This document shows positions 40,235 through 51,283 of a DNA stretch of 64,000 nt, in pieces. The notes under the pieces were generated by a model. The model ran no database searches. It was not told where the DNA came from and saw only the letters and a list, made by a program, of their open reading frames with translations. This DNA comes from Thermoflexus sp. Lineage in GTDB: Bacteria > Chloroflexota > Anaerolineae > Thermoflexales > Thermoflexaceae. The DNA is taken from assembly GCA_025057635.1 (NCBI GenBank), contig JANXBD010000002.1, positions 5,517-69,516 on the forward strand, written 5' to 3'. How positions within the stretch are numbered: the first letter of the stretch is position 1; every line of letters starts with the position of its first letter. A program made the position numbers and the translations under genes.

Positions 40235-40667
40235 CCTCGAGCGCTCCGCAGGATTAGAGATATATGGAACGGAAAGATGCTTGACTCAAACCGAAACCTC
40301 ACGACATGGTCAATCTCGAGCGGCGAGCCCTATCTAAGCGTCTTTGGAGGGAAGCAGACCAAGCAGACCGGGTCACAGCTTAAACCCGTGCGCAAGTTTG
40401 GAATCAAGCCCTAGACAAGCTGGCTAAGCATCAGGTCTCACGAGCCTTCTACGGGATAGAGAGCCAGTTCCTTTTCTCGCAGCCCTTCGGGCCGCGCGGG
40501 CCTGGGTGCTTTCGGCATCCAGTTCCGTGACCATAGAAATTTTGATCTCCCTTATGCTGATCCCTTGTCCTCATATGCCAAGGGGCCGCCGGGAGGAGGG
40601 GAGGAGAGTTGGAGGGGTGGGGCTCCTCCTCTCTATTCCGACTGGCTCCCGCCTGCGGAACTCCTAA

Positions 40668-42200
40668 TCAATAAGACGCGCTCATCGGCCAGCGGGGGCG
40701 ATACTGGAGGGCTTCCGCCAGATGATGGGTGCGCAGCAGGTCAGATCCCTCCAGGTCCGCGATCGTGCGAGCGACTTTAAGGACACGATGATAGGCACGA
40801 GCGGAGAGGTGAAGTTGTTGCATCGCCGCCTTCAGCAGCGCCTGGGCCTGGGCCTCCATCCGGCAGTAGGCCCGGATGTGGCCTGGCCCCATCTCTGCGT
40901 TACAGAAGATCTCGGTGCCATGGAAGCGCTCCTGCTGGATCGCCCGAGCACGCTCTACTCGTTCTCGGATCCGCGCCGAAGGCTCTCCCCGTCGGTCGTC
41001 AGAGAGCTTTTCGAACTCGACCCGAGGCACTTCCACCTGAATATCGATCCGATCCAACAGGGGGCCGCTCAGGCGCTTCTGATAGCGAGCGACCATCGCT
41101 GGGGAACAGGTGCACGGCTTCAGCGGATCCCCATAATAGCCGCATGGACAGGGGTTCATCGCGGCGACCAGCATAAAGGCGGCCGGGAATTCCAGCGTCC
41201 CAGCGGCCCGACTGATCACCACCCGCTTATCCTCCAGGGGCTGGCGGAGCACCTCCAGCGCTCGCAGATCGAATTCCGGCAGCTCGTCCAGGAAGAGGAC
41301 ACCCCGATGGGCCAGGGAGACCTCGCCCGGGCGGGGGAAGCGCCCGCCGCCGACCAGCCCAGCATGGCTGATGGTGTGGTGAGGAGCTCGAAATGGTCGC
41401 TGGCGGATCAGTGGAGCCTCCGGAGAGAGCAGATCGGCCACGCTGTAAATTCGGGTCACCTCCAGGGCTTCCTCTAACGAAAGGCGAGGGAGGATCCCAG
41501 GCAGCGCGCGGGCCAGCAGCGTCTTCCCGGTGCCCGGAGGGCCCACCATCAACAGGTTATGATTGCCGGCGGCGGCAACCTCCAGTGCCCGCTTGGCATG
41601 CTCCTGGCCCTTGATATCGGCGAAGTCTACCATCGGCGGCATGTCGACCCAGTGGTCTAGCGGTGTAGGAGGCTGAGGGGGGATCTGCTTCTGCCCGAGG
41701 AGATGCACGATAAGGTCCTGTAAGCTAGCCACCGGATAGATCTCGAGATCAGGCACCAGCGCGGCCTCGGGTGCATCTGCGGCGGGGACGAAAAGACGTC
41801 GGGTGCCCAGATCTCGGGCCAGCGCGGCCATCACGAGTGCCCCAGGCACATGGCGCACCGTCCCATCCAGCCCCAGCTCCCCCACCACCATCGCATTCTC
41901 CATCGCTCCCGAGGGAAGCTGCTCGGAGGCAATCAGCACCCCTAGGGCAATCGGAAGATCATATGCCGGACCTTCCTTCCGCAAGTCCGCCGGGGCCAAG
42001 TTCACCACGATCCGGGCTAAGGGGAAAGAACATCCTGCATACCGGATAGCAGAGCGAACCCGCTCCCGAGCTTCCTGGACAGCGGCATCCGGCAACCCCA
42101 CGATGGTGAAACCGGGCTGTCCGCGGCTGACATCGACCTCTACGGTGACCAGCTCCCCCTTTAAGCCGACAAGCGCACAACTAAATAAACGTGCAAGCAT
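40668..42200 (-). CDS. comM: YifB/ComM Mg-chelatase-like AAA+ ATPase
   Basis: [41 protein letters not shown]. Confidence 0.95.
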   Translation of the reverse strand: MLARLFSCALVGLKGELVTVEVDVSRGQPGFTIVGLPDAAVQEARERVRSAIRYAGCSFPLARIVVNLAPADLRKEGPAYDLPIALGVLIASEQLPSGAMENAMVVGELGLDGTVRHVPGALVMAALARDLGTRRLFVPAADAPEAALVPDLEIYPVASLQDLIVHLLGQKQIPPQPPTPLDHWVDMPPMVDFADIKGQEHAKRALEVAAAGNHNLLMVGPPGTGKTLLARALPGILPRLSLEEALEVTRIYSVADLLSPEAPLIRQRPFRAPHHTISHAGLVGGGRFPRPGEVSLAHRGVLFLDELPEFDLRALEVLRQPLEDKRVVISRAAGTLEFPAAFMLVAAMNPCPCGYYGDPLKPCTCSPAMVARYQKRLSGPLLDRIDIQVEVPRVEFEKLSDDRRGEPSARIRERVERARAIQQERFHGTEIFCNAEMGPGHIRAYCRMEAQAQALLKAAMQQLHLSARAYHRVLKVARTIADLEGSDLLRTHHLAEALQYRPRWPMSASY

Positions 42201-42479
42201 ACAGGTTCTAACCCCGCTTGGAATGTGAAGCACCTTCTATCGACCCGAGCCGGAGCAGAGCAAGGCATCCGCTGCATGTCCGTCTCTATAAAGATGATAG
42301 ACCACTTTCTGGCTTGCTTCTCATAACCTGTAGGGCCCGCGAGAATTATGCCAAAAGGGACACTGCCTAGCTTTTGACAGGGAATCTCTCTCTACATTAC
42401 AATGTGGGGCCGTTAAAGGTTGGGGAGATCCTATTGCGGACCTAGAATCCAGAGATTGCGACAGAGGGAGTATCCATTT

Positions 42480-44024
42480 ATGGCGGCGGAGCCGATGATC
42501 CGGCGCGAGCATGTAGGGTTACGACGGGAGGTGACTGTCTGGGGATCGTTCACTTGGGGATATGCTGATGTAGGGGCAGATGTGTATGTGGCCCTCGGTC
42601 TGGTGATGGCCGCCGCCCAGGGAGCCACCCCACTGGCCTTTCTCATCGCCGGGATCGTTTACATCATGGTCGGCCTCGCCTACACTGAGATGGCTGCCGC
42701 CTATCCTTCAGCGGGGGGAGGTCAGTATTTTGTGCTGCGGGGGTTGGGAGATTTTTGGGGGCTGGTGGCAGGGTCAGCTTTGATGCTGGCCTACACGGTA
42801 GACGTGGCGCTGTTCGCCATGGCGTCAGCCGGCTACATCAATTTCTTTTTCCCTCAGTTCCGGGAATTTCACATTCCTATTCCTCTGGTGGGTTCGATCA
42901 ATTTGATCTGGCTGGGCGAGACCTTGATGCTGATTGCGCTGCTGGTCGTCCTAAACATCCGAGGGATCCGCGAATCTTCACTGCTGAATCAGATTCTCGG
43001 CGCTCTAGATATGATTCTGGAAACTTCCATCGTGGTCATCGGGTTCCTCTTCGCTTGGCATCCGGAATACTTCATCCATCAGTGGCAAACGGAATTCCCC
43101 TCTCTTGACCGATTGCTGTATGCGACCTCCTTGGCCGTGATCTCGTATGTGGGTCTGGAGTCAGTTTCGCAAGCGGCGGAGGAGACCGTCCGGCCCGCGA
43201 CAGTAATCCCCCGCACTTCGATGGCTCTAATCATTGTTGTCCTGCTGTTCGCCTTAGCCTTCCCTGTGGTCTCCTTAGGGATCCTCCCGTGGCATGAGGT
43301 TGGAGGACGGGAGGGGGATCCGGTGGCCCTGTTAGCTAGTGAATTGCCCTTTGTAGGGTTCCTGGCCGGCCCAGCGGCCGCGATCTTGGCTGCCACCATC
43401 CTATTGATCTCCGCCAACACAGGGGTGATGGGATCCAGCCGTCTGGCCTATAGCATGGCTCAGCTAGGATTGATGGGGGAAGGGCTCTCGGAGGTTCACC
43501 CGCATTATCGCACCCCTGTGAAGGCGATTCTCTTCTTTTCTCTCATTTCTGTGTTAATGGCTGTCTTCGCCTTCTTTAGTGGACGCCGGGCCCTGGAAGC
43601 CATGGCCGATCTATATGCCTTCGGGGCAATGTTGGCTTATTTCCTTAGCACCATTGCCTTGGTCATGCTCCGGATCCGCGAACCATATGTCCCGCGCCCT
43701 TATCGAGTGCCGTTGAACTTTCGCTGGCGGGGCGTAGAGATCCCCCTCCTAGGCGTCTTAGGGATTGTGGGAACGGGTCTGATGCTCGTGGTGGTCATGT
43801 GGACTCATCCAATTGCCCAAGTGACAGGGCCGCTTTGGGTCGCGGTTTGGATCGGATATTACATCTGGTATCGCAGGCGAACGGGGCGTCCTGTCTGGAA
43901 GAGCTTGCCCCGAGATTGGATTGCTGAACAAGTCCGGATTCTCGAAAACAGCGGCGAGTGGGATCTGCTGGAACGTTTCCGGATCGAAGTGGAGCACTGG
44001 CGGCGATCGCAGAAGGGAGTGTGA
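42480..44024 (+). CDS. APC-superfamily permease
   Basis: About 12 hydrophobic segments, YTEMAAAYPSAGG, YVGLESVSQAAEE, GSSRLAYSM. Confidence 0.9.
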   Translation: MAAEPMIRREHVGLRREVTVWGSFTWGYADVGADVYVALGLVMAAAQGATPLAFLIAGIVYIMVGLAYTEMAAAYPSAGGGQYFVLRGLGDFWGLVAGSALMLAYTVDVALFAMASAGYINFFFPQFREFHIPIPLVGSINLIWLGETLMLIALLVVLNIRGIRESSLLNQILGALDMILETSIVVIGFLFAWHPEYFIHQWQTEFPSLDRLLYATSLAVISYVGLESVSQAAEETVRPATVIPRTSMALIIVVLLFALAFPVVSLGILPWHEVGGREGDPVALLASELPFVGFLAGPAAAILAATILLISANTGVMGSSRLAYSMAQLGLMGEGLSEVHPHYRTPVKAILFFSLISVLMAVFAFFSGRRALEAMADLYAFGAMLAYFLSTIALVMLRIREPYVPRPYRVPLNFRWRGVEIPLLGVLGIVGTGLMLVVVMWTHPIAQVTGPLWVAVWIGYYIWYRRRTGRPVWKSLPRDWIAEQVRILENSGEWDLLERFRIEVEHWRRSQKGV

Positions 44025-44028
44025 GGGA

Positions 44029-44241
44029 ATGAGTCCCCGATGGGCTTTTCGCCTGATTCTGGCGACCATGATGATTGCGCTGGGACTTGTGATCATCGGA
44101 CGCAGCCTCTGGCTGGTGATATCCCAGGGGTTGGCTCCTTTGAGTTTGTTGTTCCCTGTGATTGTGGGAATCCTGATGACAGCGCTGGGAGTCCGTCGCT
44201 GGCGGAGCTGGATCGATCTTCGTCGTCCCGGCGGGGACTGA
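44029..44241 (+). CDS. Small two-TM membrane protein
   Basis: Two hydrophobic helices, starts 5 nt after the permease stop. Confidence 0.6.
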   Translation: MSPRWAFRLILATMMIALGLVIIGRSLWLVISQGLAPLSLLFPVIVGILMTALGVRRWRSWIDLRRPGGD

Positions 44242-44344
44242 GGCAAGTGGGGATCGGAGAAGGGATAAGCTCCGTATCCGAGGCTGGGGATTCCGCGAAA
44301 GCTATGGTAATCTCGAGCGCGAGGAAGCTGTTGAGGCAAGTGGG

Positions 44345-44902
44345 ATGATTGGCCATCCGCTTGGTGTTTTCCTAGCGCTTTTGTTTCTTGTCGTTTTAAT
44401 CGTTACCCTGATCTGGATGCTTCGGGTTCCCCGACCGGTGCCTATGGAGGTGGCCCGCGCGGTCTATTCCGTGGAGGCCGCCCGTTGCATCGTGGTGCCG
44501 ATCGTGGAGGGCATCTACTCGGAGCGGGCAGTGGAGCTGGCCTGTCGGCTGGGTGAGCGCCAGCATGCCCGCTTGGTCCTGGTGCACATTCTGGAGGTCC
44601 CCTATACGGTGCCGCTAAATACGCCGTTGCCGGATTTAGAGGTCCGAGGCCAGCGGGCCTTGGAGACAGCCCGCTTTATTGCTATACAGCACGGGATGAA
44701 ACCGGAGATCCACTTAGTGCGTCACCGATCGGCCCCGGAGGGCATCCTCAGCGTCGCCCGTCAGGTCGGAGCGGATCAGATTATCATGGGGATTGGGCTC
44801 AAGCGACGGACATCCAGCGACGGCCTGGGCCGGACGGTGCACGAGGTAATGCGGCGGGCCTCCTGCGAGGTCATTATTGCGAAAGCGCCGATTGTGGAGT
44901 GA
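44345..44902 (+). CDS. Membrane-anchored universal stress protein
   Basis: N-terminal TM, IVVPI..SERAVELA, ADQIIMG, LGRTVHEVMRRASCEV. Confidence 0.88.
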   Translation: MIGHPLGVFLALLFLVVLIVTLIWMLRVPRPVPMEVARAVYSVEAARCIVVPIVEGIYSERAVELACRLGERQHARLVLVHILEVPYTVPLNTPLPDLEVRGQRALETARFIAIQHGMKPEIHLVRHRSAPEGILSVARQVGADQIIMGIGLKRRTSSDGLGRTVHEVMRRASCEVIIAKAPIVE

Positions 44903-44937
44903 GGATGTCCTTCTGATCCGGTTCGGAGGAGGCAACC

Positions 44938-45177
44938 ATGGGCCAGACGATTCAGCGGCGGGTGAAGCTGATCTATCCTCCCTCGCTCATTGATGAGCCC
45001 CTGCTCTATCGACTGATCCAGCGGTTCAGTTTGATGGTGAACATCCGCCGCGCTTATGTGCAAGCCACCGAAGCCTGGCTGGTGGTCGATCTGGAGGGAC
45101 CCCCGGATCGGGTCGAAGAGGGCCTCGCCTGGATCCAGAAACAGGGGGTTTTGGTCGAGCTGGTCGAGGAGTTATAG
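44938..45177 (+). CDS. Stand-alone NIL domain protein
   Basis: VKLIYP..IDEPLLY..VNIRRA..WLVVDLEG..GLAWI..GV. Confidence 0.82.
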   Translation: MGQTIQRRVKLIYPPSLIDEPLLYRLIQRFSLMVNIRRAYVQATEAWLVVDLEGPPDRVEEGLAWIQKQGVLVELVEEL

Positions 45178-45288
45178 GGTGTCGAGCTTCAGAAGCGGGG
45201 CAGGGAGCCTTTGGCTTTCCATCTTGCTTCGCGCATGTTTTATTCTTTGCCTTGAAATCCATCGTCCGCGGCGTATGGGAGTGAGCGT

Positions 45289-45687
45289 ATGAGGATCGTT
45301 ATTCTAGGATGCGGGCGGCTGGGTGCTCACCTTGCCCGACAATTCACGCAGGATGGTCATGAGGTTGTTGTGATCGATCGGGAGCGGGATGCCCTAGAAG
45401 CGCTGGGGTCGGATTTCCCAGGAGAGACGGTGGTGGGGATGGGCATTGACGCCGAGGTGTTGCGTCGGGCCGGCATCGAACGTGCCGACGTCTTCATCGC
45501 GGTTACGGGCTATGATAATACGAATATCATGGCGGCGGAGGTCGCCCGCGAGATCTTCGGGGTTCCCCGAGTGATCACCCGGCTTAATGATCCCCTTCGG
45601 GCGGAGATTTTCCAGGAGCTGGGCCTGAAAACGGTTTCTCCCACGGCCTTGGCGGTCGAGGCGATCCGTAAGTGCTTGGAGGACTGA
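45289..45687 (+). CDS. TrkA-N (RCK_N) only protein
   Basis: ILGCGRLG, ADVFIAVTGYDNTN. Confidence 0.9.
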   Translation: MRIVILGCGRLGAHLARQFTQDGHEVVVIDRERDALEALGSDFPGETVVGMGIDAEVLRRAGIERADVFIAVTGYDNTNIMAAEVAREIFGVPRVITRLNDPLRAEIFQELGLKTVSPTALAVEAIRKCLED

Positions 45688-45690
45688 TCG

Positions 45691-46353
45691 ATGTATCTGA
45701 TCATCGTAGGGGGTGGGAAAGTCGGTTACTACCTAAGTAAGTCCCTGCTGGCGGAGGGCCATGAGGTTCTGCTGATCGAGAAGAATCCCCGGCGTGCCGC
45801 GTTTCTCATCGATGAGCTAGGGGCCGATCATGTGTGGCTGGGCGATGGGTGCGATTCCAGCACCTTTGCCCAGGTAGGGATGAACCGGGCCGATGCCGTC
45901 ATTGCCGTCACCGGGGACGATGAAGATAATTTAGTGGTCTGTTTACTAGCCAAGCGAAAGTTCGGCGTGCCCCGTACCATCGCTCGCATCAATAATCCGC
46001 GCAACGCGGAGATCTTCGCCCGCATGGGGATCGATGTCACGGTTTCCACCACCGAGATCATCCAGGCCCAAATCGAACGGGCTTTGCCCCTGCGTTCCCT
46101 CGTGCACCTGCTGGCCCTGCGCCGGGGCGGTATCCAGTTGGTGGAATGCAAGGTGGCTCCCGGCACCCCCGCTGACGGACGGATGCTGCGGGAGCTGGGG
46201 ATCCCAGTAGATGCCTTGGTTGTGATGGTAGTGCGGGGAGATCAGACCTTCATTCCCTCCGGGGAAACCATCTTAAAAGCGGAGGACGAGATCCTAGCGG
46301 TCACCACCCCTCAAAGCGAGCCGGTCTTGCGGCGGTTGTTGCTGGGCACGTAA
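45691..46353 (+). CDS. trkA: TrkA family protein (RCK_N + RCK_C)
   Basis: VGGGKVG, AVTGDDEDN, RGDQTFIPSGETIL. Confidence 0.9.
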   Translation: MYLIIVGGGKVGYYLSKSLLAEGHEVLLIEKNPRRAAFLIDELGADHVWLGDGCDSSTFAQVGMNRADAVIAVTGDDEDNLVVCLLAKRKFGVPRTIARINNPRNAEIFARMGIDVTVSTTEIIQAQIERALPLRSLVHLLALRRGGIQLVECKVAPGTPADGRMLRELGIPVDALVVMVVRGDQTFIPSGETILKAEDEILAVTTPQSEPVLRRLLLGT

Positions 46354-47004
46354 GGCGGAGCTTTCCGCCGGATTCAGTTGCTCCAGAATGAGCATCACAC
46401 GATCAGGGCTAGCCCCTACCAACCCATTGCCTCTATGAATGGCCTCGCCTGTAAAAGGCAAGCGGGCTTTCTATCGTGCGTCAGCATCTGTGAGGCTCGA
46501 TAAGCAATGGAGAGCAGTTGGCTTAGGGCACTTAGCCGATCGTTGTAATGTTGCACAGTCGGTTCCAGATTCCACTGGATGTCGATCGCTGCTCCTGCTA
46601 TAAGCATGCGGCGGAGATGATGTTCGTCATCCGCGCCAAGGAGCCGTGGCGAGGTCAGGCGTGTTATAATCACAGGGAGTGGCATAAACCGGTCTTCCTG
46701 ATCTTCGCTTGAAGCTTCAGGGGCCTTGGGCAATTTACTGGATCTGCGACGCGATCACCCCGGAGAGGGATCGCCCGAGATTGAGGGAGGCCGTTTTCAC
46801 TATCTCTGTTATATTTGCCAAAAGCGTATCGAGTCTTCTGGGTATTTCAAGCTCGTAAGCGCTATCCTCGGTCAATCGGATGCATTTAGATTTAGAATGG
46901 CGGGATGGAAATCTATACGCCCTGGTGTGTGTCTCTTTTCTTCACAGAGCGTTGTGATCCCCGGGGGAGAGAAACTGTTCAGCGCGAATCGGAGGAGGTC
47001 ACCA

Positions 47005-48072
47005 ATGAGCAGTTGGGTGAAGGAGAACGCCTCGAAGGCGGCTGCCGCACTGGGTGTGCAGCTCGACGTAACGACCAAGCTCTCATTCTATCGCCAGATG
47101 GTTCTGATCCGTCGCTTCGAGGAGCTGTCTCGCATTGCTTACCAGCAAGGTAAGATTGCAGGCTTTCTTCACCTGTATATCGGGGAAGAGGCCATCGCGG
47201 TGGGAGCGATCGCTGCCCTGCGGTCGGAGGATCATCTTCTCACCCACTACCGGGATCATGGCCATGCGATCGCACGCGGCATGGATCCTCGGATCCTGAT
47301 GGCGGAGCTGTTTGGCAAGGTCACCGGATGCAGTCGGGGCCGCGGCGGGTCTATGCACTTTGCTAGTTTGGAGCATAACTACTGGGGCGGTCATGCCATT
47401 GTCGGGGGCCATCTTCCTATGGCTGTTGGCCTGGCCTTCGCTGCGAAATATTTAGGGGAGCCCCGGGTGACGATGGTGATCTTTGGCGATGCAGCGACTG
47501 ACATCGGGGAGTTTTATGAATCGTTGAATATGGCGGCCCTCTGGAAAACCCCTACGGTGTTTCTCTGCGAAAACAACCTCTACGGGATGGGCGTGGCCAT
47601 CGAGAAAGCCTCCGCCGTGACAGAGATCTATCGAAAGGCATGCATGGCGAATATCCCCGCCGAACGGATCGACGGAATGGACGTCCTGGCTGTCCACGAG
47701 GCCGCCGTTCGCGCTGTTGAATGGGCCCGTGCTGGGAACGGCCCTTATTTTCTCGAGGCCGTATGCTACCGCTTCCAGGGCCATTCCATCGCCGATCCCG
47801 AACTCTATCGCACCAAGGAGGAGGTCGAGCGGTGGAAGCAACGGGATCCCATCCAACGGTTCCGCCAGCATCTCATTGAAGTGGAAGGGGTGTCCGAGGC
47901 CCAGCTGGAGACCATCCATATGGAGGTAGAGCAAGAGATGGAGGCGGTCATGAGGTTTGCTGAAGAAAGCCCGGATCCGCCGTTAGAGGAGCTTTACGAC
48001 TTCGTTTACGCTAACCCGGTGGGTGCATGGCGGGGGGATGAGCGGTTCCTCCGGGAATGGGATAGCGCATAA
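47005..48072 (+). CDS. pdhA: Pyruvate dehydrogenase E1 alpha
   Basis: GFLHLYIGEEA, GRGGSMH, GDAA..ENN, YRFQGHS..DP..YR. GGAGG RBS. Confidence 0.93.
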   Translation: MSSWVKENASKAAAALGVQLDVTTKLSFYRQMVLIRRFEELSRIAYQQGKIAGFLHLYIGEEAIAVGAIAALRSEDHLLTHYRDHGHAIARGMDPRILMAELFGKVTGCSRGRGGSMHFASLEHNYWGGHAIVGGHLPMAVGLAFAAKYLGEPRVTMVIFGDAATDIGEFYESLNMAALWKTPTVFLCENNLYGMGVAIEKASAVTEIYRKACMANIPAERIDGMDVLAVHEAAVRAVEWARAGNGPYFLEAVCYRFQGHSIADPELYRTKEEVERWKQRDPIQRFRQHLIEVEGVSEAQLETIHMEVEQEMEAVMRFAEESPDPPLEELYDFVYANPVGAWRGDERFLREWDSA

Positions 48073-48101
48073 GTCGTAGCCTACTTGGGAGGAGCTTTTC
48101 C

Positions 48102-49073
48102 ATGCCGCTGATGACCATCCGTGAGGCGATTCGACAGGCTCTGCGGGAGGAGATGCAACGAGACCGACGGGTCTTTATTATGGGCGAGGATGTGGGAGCC
48201 TACGGCGGGACTTATGCAGTGACCCGTGGTCTCTATGAGGAATTTGGGGAGGAGCGGGTGCGGGATACGCCTATTGCGGAGTCCGCGATCGTGGGGGTAG
48301 CCCTGGGGGCAGCGCTGGGTGGCCTACGCCCCGTTGCCGAGATCATGACCATTAACTTCGCCCTTTTGGCCCTGGATCAGATCGTTAACCATGCGGCCAA
48401 GATGTCCCATATGTTTGGTGGTCAATTTCGGGCTCCTCTGGTCATTCGGGTGCCGGCTGGATGGGGGCAGCTTGCGGCTACCCACTCCCAGACCTTCGAG
48501 GTTTACTTTGCCTATGTCCCTGGTCTGAAGGTGGTCTATCCCGGCACTCCCTATGACGCGAAGGGGATGCTGAAGGCGGCCCTGCGGGATCAGGATCCGG
48601 TGATCTATATCGAGCACACCGCCCTTTACCCGGTGCGAGGCGAGGTGCCGGAGGGGGATTATCTCGTCCCGATTGGCCAAAGCGAGATCAAACGAGTAGG
48701 AAAGGACTGCACCATCGTGACCTACGGGCGCATGCTCCAGGCCAGCCTACAGGCTGCGGAGCAGCTGGCCCGGGAGGGGATCGAGGTGGAGATCGTGGAT
48801 CTACGCACCCTGCGCCCGCTGGATATGGAGCCGGTGTATGAGTCCGTGGCCAAAACGCATCGGGCGTTGGTGGTTACGGAGGAGTGGCGCTCCTTTGGTG
48901 TAGGGGCCGAGGTGGCGGCCCGCATCCAAGAGCATGCCTTCGATGAACTAGACGCTCCGGTCATGCGCCTAGGGAGCCGGGAGGTCCCCATGCCCTATAA
49001 CAAGCATCATGAACGGGCCGTCCTCCCCTGGCCGGAGGATGTGGTCAAGGCCGTGAAGCGATTGCTGCAGTGA
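48102..49073 (+). CDS. pdhB: Pyruvate dehydrogenase E1 beta
   Basis: GEDVG, DTPIAE, ATHSQ, DLRTLRPLD. Confidence 0.93.
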   Translation: MPLMTIREAIRQALREEMQRDRRVFIMGEDVGAYGGTYAVTRGLYEEFGEERVRDTPIAESAIVGVALGAALGGLRPVAEIMTINFALLALDQIVNHAAKMSHMFGGQFRAPLVIRVPAGWGQLAATHSQTFEVYFAYVPGLKVVYPGTPYDAKGMLKAALRDQDPVIYIEHTALYPVRGEVPEGDYLVPIGQSEIKRVGKDCTIVTYGRMLQASLQAAEQLAREGIEVEIVDLRTLRPLDMEPVYESVAKTHRALVVTEEWRSFGVGAEVAARIQEHAFDELDAPVMRLGSREVPMPYNKHHERAVLPWPEDVVKAVKRLLQ

Positions 49074-49115
49074 AGTGGAGGTGGTTGCGAAACCCCTCCT
49101 ACGTGGAGGCGAGGG

Positions 49116-50363
49116 ATGGCGACAACAGTGACAATGCCAAAGATGGGCTTCGATATGGTGGAGGGGAAACTGCTCCGCTGGCTGAAGAAAGTGGGCGATC
49201 CGGTCAAAGCCGGGGAGCCCCTGGCGGAGATCGAGACGGAGAAGGTCAATATCGAATTCGAGGCCCCGGCCTCCGGCGTGCTGAAGGCTGTGCTGATTGG
49301 GGAAGGAACCACCGTTCCGGTGGGCACCCCCATCGCTATCATCGGAGCGCCCGATGAGCCGGTGGAGGTCCCCGGAGCGGCCCCGGCCCAGGCCCCTGCA
49401 CCGCCCGCCGCGCCGGCCTCCGCCCCCACGGCTCCTATCTCCCCGCCGGCCCCTGCCCCGTCCCCCGCGCCGGCTCCCGGAGGACGGGTGAAGGCCTCGC
49501 CCTTGGCCCGGCGGCTGGCCCGAGAGGCAGGGATTGATCTCCGGGAGATCCCAGGGACCGGGCCAGGAGGCCGGGTGGTGAAGCGGGATATCGATCGCTA
49601 TCTACAGGCCCGGATCCTGACGCAACCGCCCCCGGCGGCTCCCGCCCCTGCGCCCGTTCCCACGGCCGTCCCAACGCCACCGGCCGCCATACCGGTCAGC
49701 CCGCTGCGCCAAGCCATCGCTCGGCGGATGACCGCCAGCAAGCAGACCGCACCGCACTTCTACGTCACGGTCGAAGTGGATATGGATGAAGCCGTGGCCT
49801 GGCGGGCGCGGATCAATGAGGCCATTGGAGAGCGGGGGAAGATCTCGGTGAACGATCTGGTGGTGAAGGCAGCAGCCCTAGCCCTGCGGGAGTTCCCGGC
49901 GCTGCGCTCCTCCTATCAGGAAAGCGGGATTGTTCGCCACGAGGCGATCCACATCGGGATTGCCGTGGCGCTGGAGGAAGGGCTGATCACGGTGGTGCTG
50001 CGGGATGCAGATCAAAAGCCGCTCGCCCGGATCGCGCGGGAGAGCAAGGAACTCATCGAGCGGGCGCGGAGCGGCAAGGTCCGGCCCGAGGACATCGAGG
50101 GCAGCGTGTTCACTGTCAGCAATCTGGGGATGTATGAGGTGGAACATTTTATCGCGATTATCAACCCCCCGGAGGCTGCCATTCTAGCCGTGGGCAGCGT
50201 CCGCGAGGTACCGGTGGTGAAAGGCGGCCAGATTGTCGTGGGGCGGCGCATGAAGGTAACCCTTTCCGCGGATCATCGCGTGACCGATGGGGCAGAAGTG
50301 GCTCGCTTCCTGCAGATATTCCGTCGATATCTGGAGAACCCTCTGCTGTTGCTGATCGAGTAG
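49116..50363 (+). CDS. pdhC: Dihydrolipoamide acetyltransferase E2
   Basis: Lipoyl ETEK, ASPLARRLA, GTGPGGRV, DHRVTDG. Confidence 0.93.
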   Translation: MATTVTMPKMGFDMVEGKLLRWLKKVGDPVKAGEPLAEIETEKVNIEFEAPASGVLKAVLIGEGTTVPVGTPIAIIGAPDEPVEVPGAAPAQAPAPPAAPASAPTAPISPPAPAPSPAPAPGGRVKASPLARRLAREAGIDLREIPGTGPGGRVVKRDIDRYLQARILTQPPPAAPAPAPVPTAVPTPPAAIPVSPLRQAIARRMTASKQTAPHFYVTVEVDMDEAVAWRARINEAIGERGKISVNDLVVKAAALALREFPALRSSYQESGIVRHEAIHIGIAVALEEGLITVVLRDADQKPLARIARESKELIERARSGKVRPEDIEGSVFTVSNLGMYEVEHFIAIINPPEAAILAVGSVREVPVVKGGQIVVGRRMKVTLSADHRVTDGAEVARFLQIFRRYLENPLLLLIE

Positions 50364-50394
50364 GTCAGCCCCTTGGGCAGAACTCTCTCAAAGG

Positions 50395-50426
50395 CGGCGG
50401 GGTAGGGGATGGAACCTACCCCGCCG
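50395..50426. terminator. Hairpin after pdhC
   Basis: CGGCGGGGTAGG-8 nt-CCTACCCCGCCG. Confidence 0.65.
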
Positions 50427-50566
50427 TGCTTCAATCAAGCTTACACCGTTTAAGGAAGCTCGCTAAACAGAGCCATAGCGTTCCCTGGATTGGGATCCTC
50501 TCCCCCGGCCCATGAGCATAACCCCATCTTCATCAACCCCGCCGCAGCGATGGCAGAGGCGCAAGA

Positions 50567-51283
50567 TCACTGCTTTCGGCGGACGATCTGATGGCTCAGG
50601 ATTCCAACTCCCGCCGCTAGAAGGCCGATTCCGCTCCCAGTGCAAGAAGGGATCGAAAGCGCCGGACGCCACGTGGCATGAAGATTCACCGTGGGCTGGT
50701 CTGGGCGGAGGGGGATCATCCATCGAATCCGGCGGCCTTCGATCTGAGCGCCGGCGCGTGGCGAATAATCGACGATCGGCCCAGGCACCTCAACCTCGTA
50801 GAGAAATCGGAAATCTGCAGCGCGAAGCAGCGCGAGGTCTTCTTCGGAAAAGGGCGGCTCCTCGGCGGCGATCCGGAGACGATCCAGGATGCCTGAGATC
50901 GAAAGCGTCACGTTCAGCGTTTGAAAATCCCCCTCTTCCCCTAATGTAAGCCGTTCCAACCCGGCCAGCGGATCCCCTTCTGCTAGGTTGTTCAGGTCTT
51001 CCAGAGCCGCTAAGACGCGCCGCAAGCGGAGCCCCTCCTGCCCACGACTCGGATCCTGATAGCGCTCAACCCGCCATCCGCTGGCCTCCGCGCCAACGCG
51101 AAACGGTTCCAGCGGGTTGACGGCGGCCGTCTGCAAGAGAATCGAATCCACGGCGATCACCACCGACCGTTCCGCAGAGCCGTCTGCGTTCAACCGAGTG
51201 CGAACTTCTAAAGTCAGGCATCCGCTTAGGCCCAGCGCAGAGAAAAGAAACAGAAATAGCAATGTCAGCCAGTTCCCCCTCAT
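50567..51283 (-). CDS. Putative lipoprotein (LppM/DUF3153-like)
   Basis: Lipobox [19 protein letters not shown]-terminal hydrophobic/basic tail. Confidence 0.7.
   Translation of the reverse strand: MRGNWLTLLFLFLFSALGLSGCLTLEVRTRLNADGSAERSVVIAVDSILLQTAAVNPLEPFRVGAEASGWRVERYQDPSRGQEGLRLRRVLAALEDLNNLAEGDPLAGLERLTLGEEGDFQTLNVTLSISGILDRLRIAAEEPPFSEEDLALLRAADFRFLYEVEVPGPIVDYSPRAGAQIEGRRIRWMIPLRPDQPTVNLHATWRPALSIPSCTGSGIGLLAAGVGILSHQIVRRKQ

Noticed and set aside
40306-40530. Protein-like frame MVNLERRAL.. with an internal stop
   Set aside because: No recognisable family, so a pseudogene call cannot be supported
46726-47004. 93-aa N-terminal extension of PdhA
   Set aside because: A strong GGAGG RBS precedes ATG 47005, so the extension is probably a chance open frame
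47005-50363. pdh operon lacking E3 (lpdA)
   Set aside because: A shared, unlinked lpdA is common
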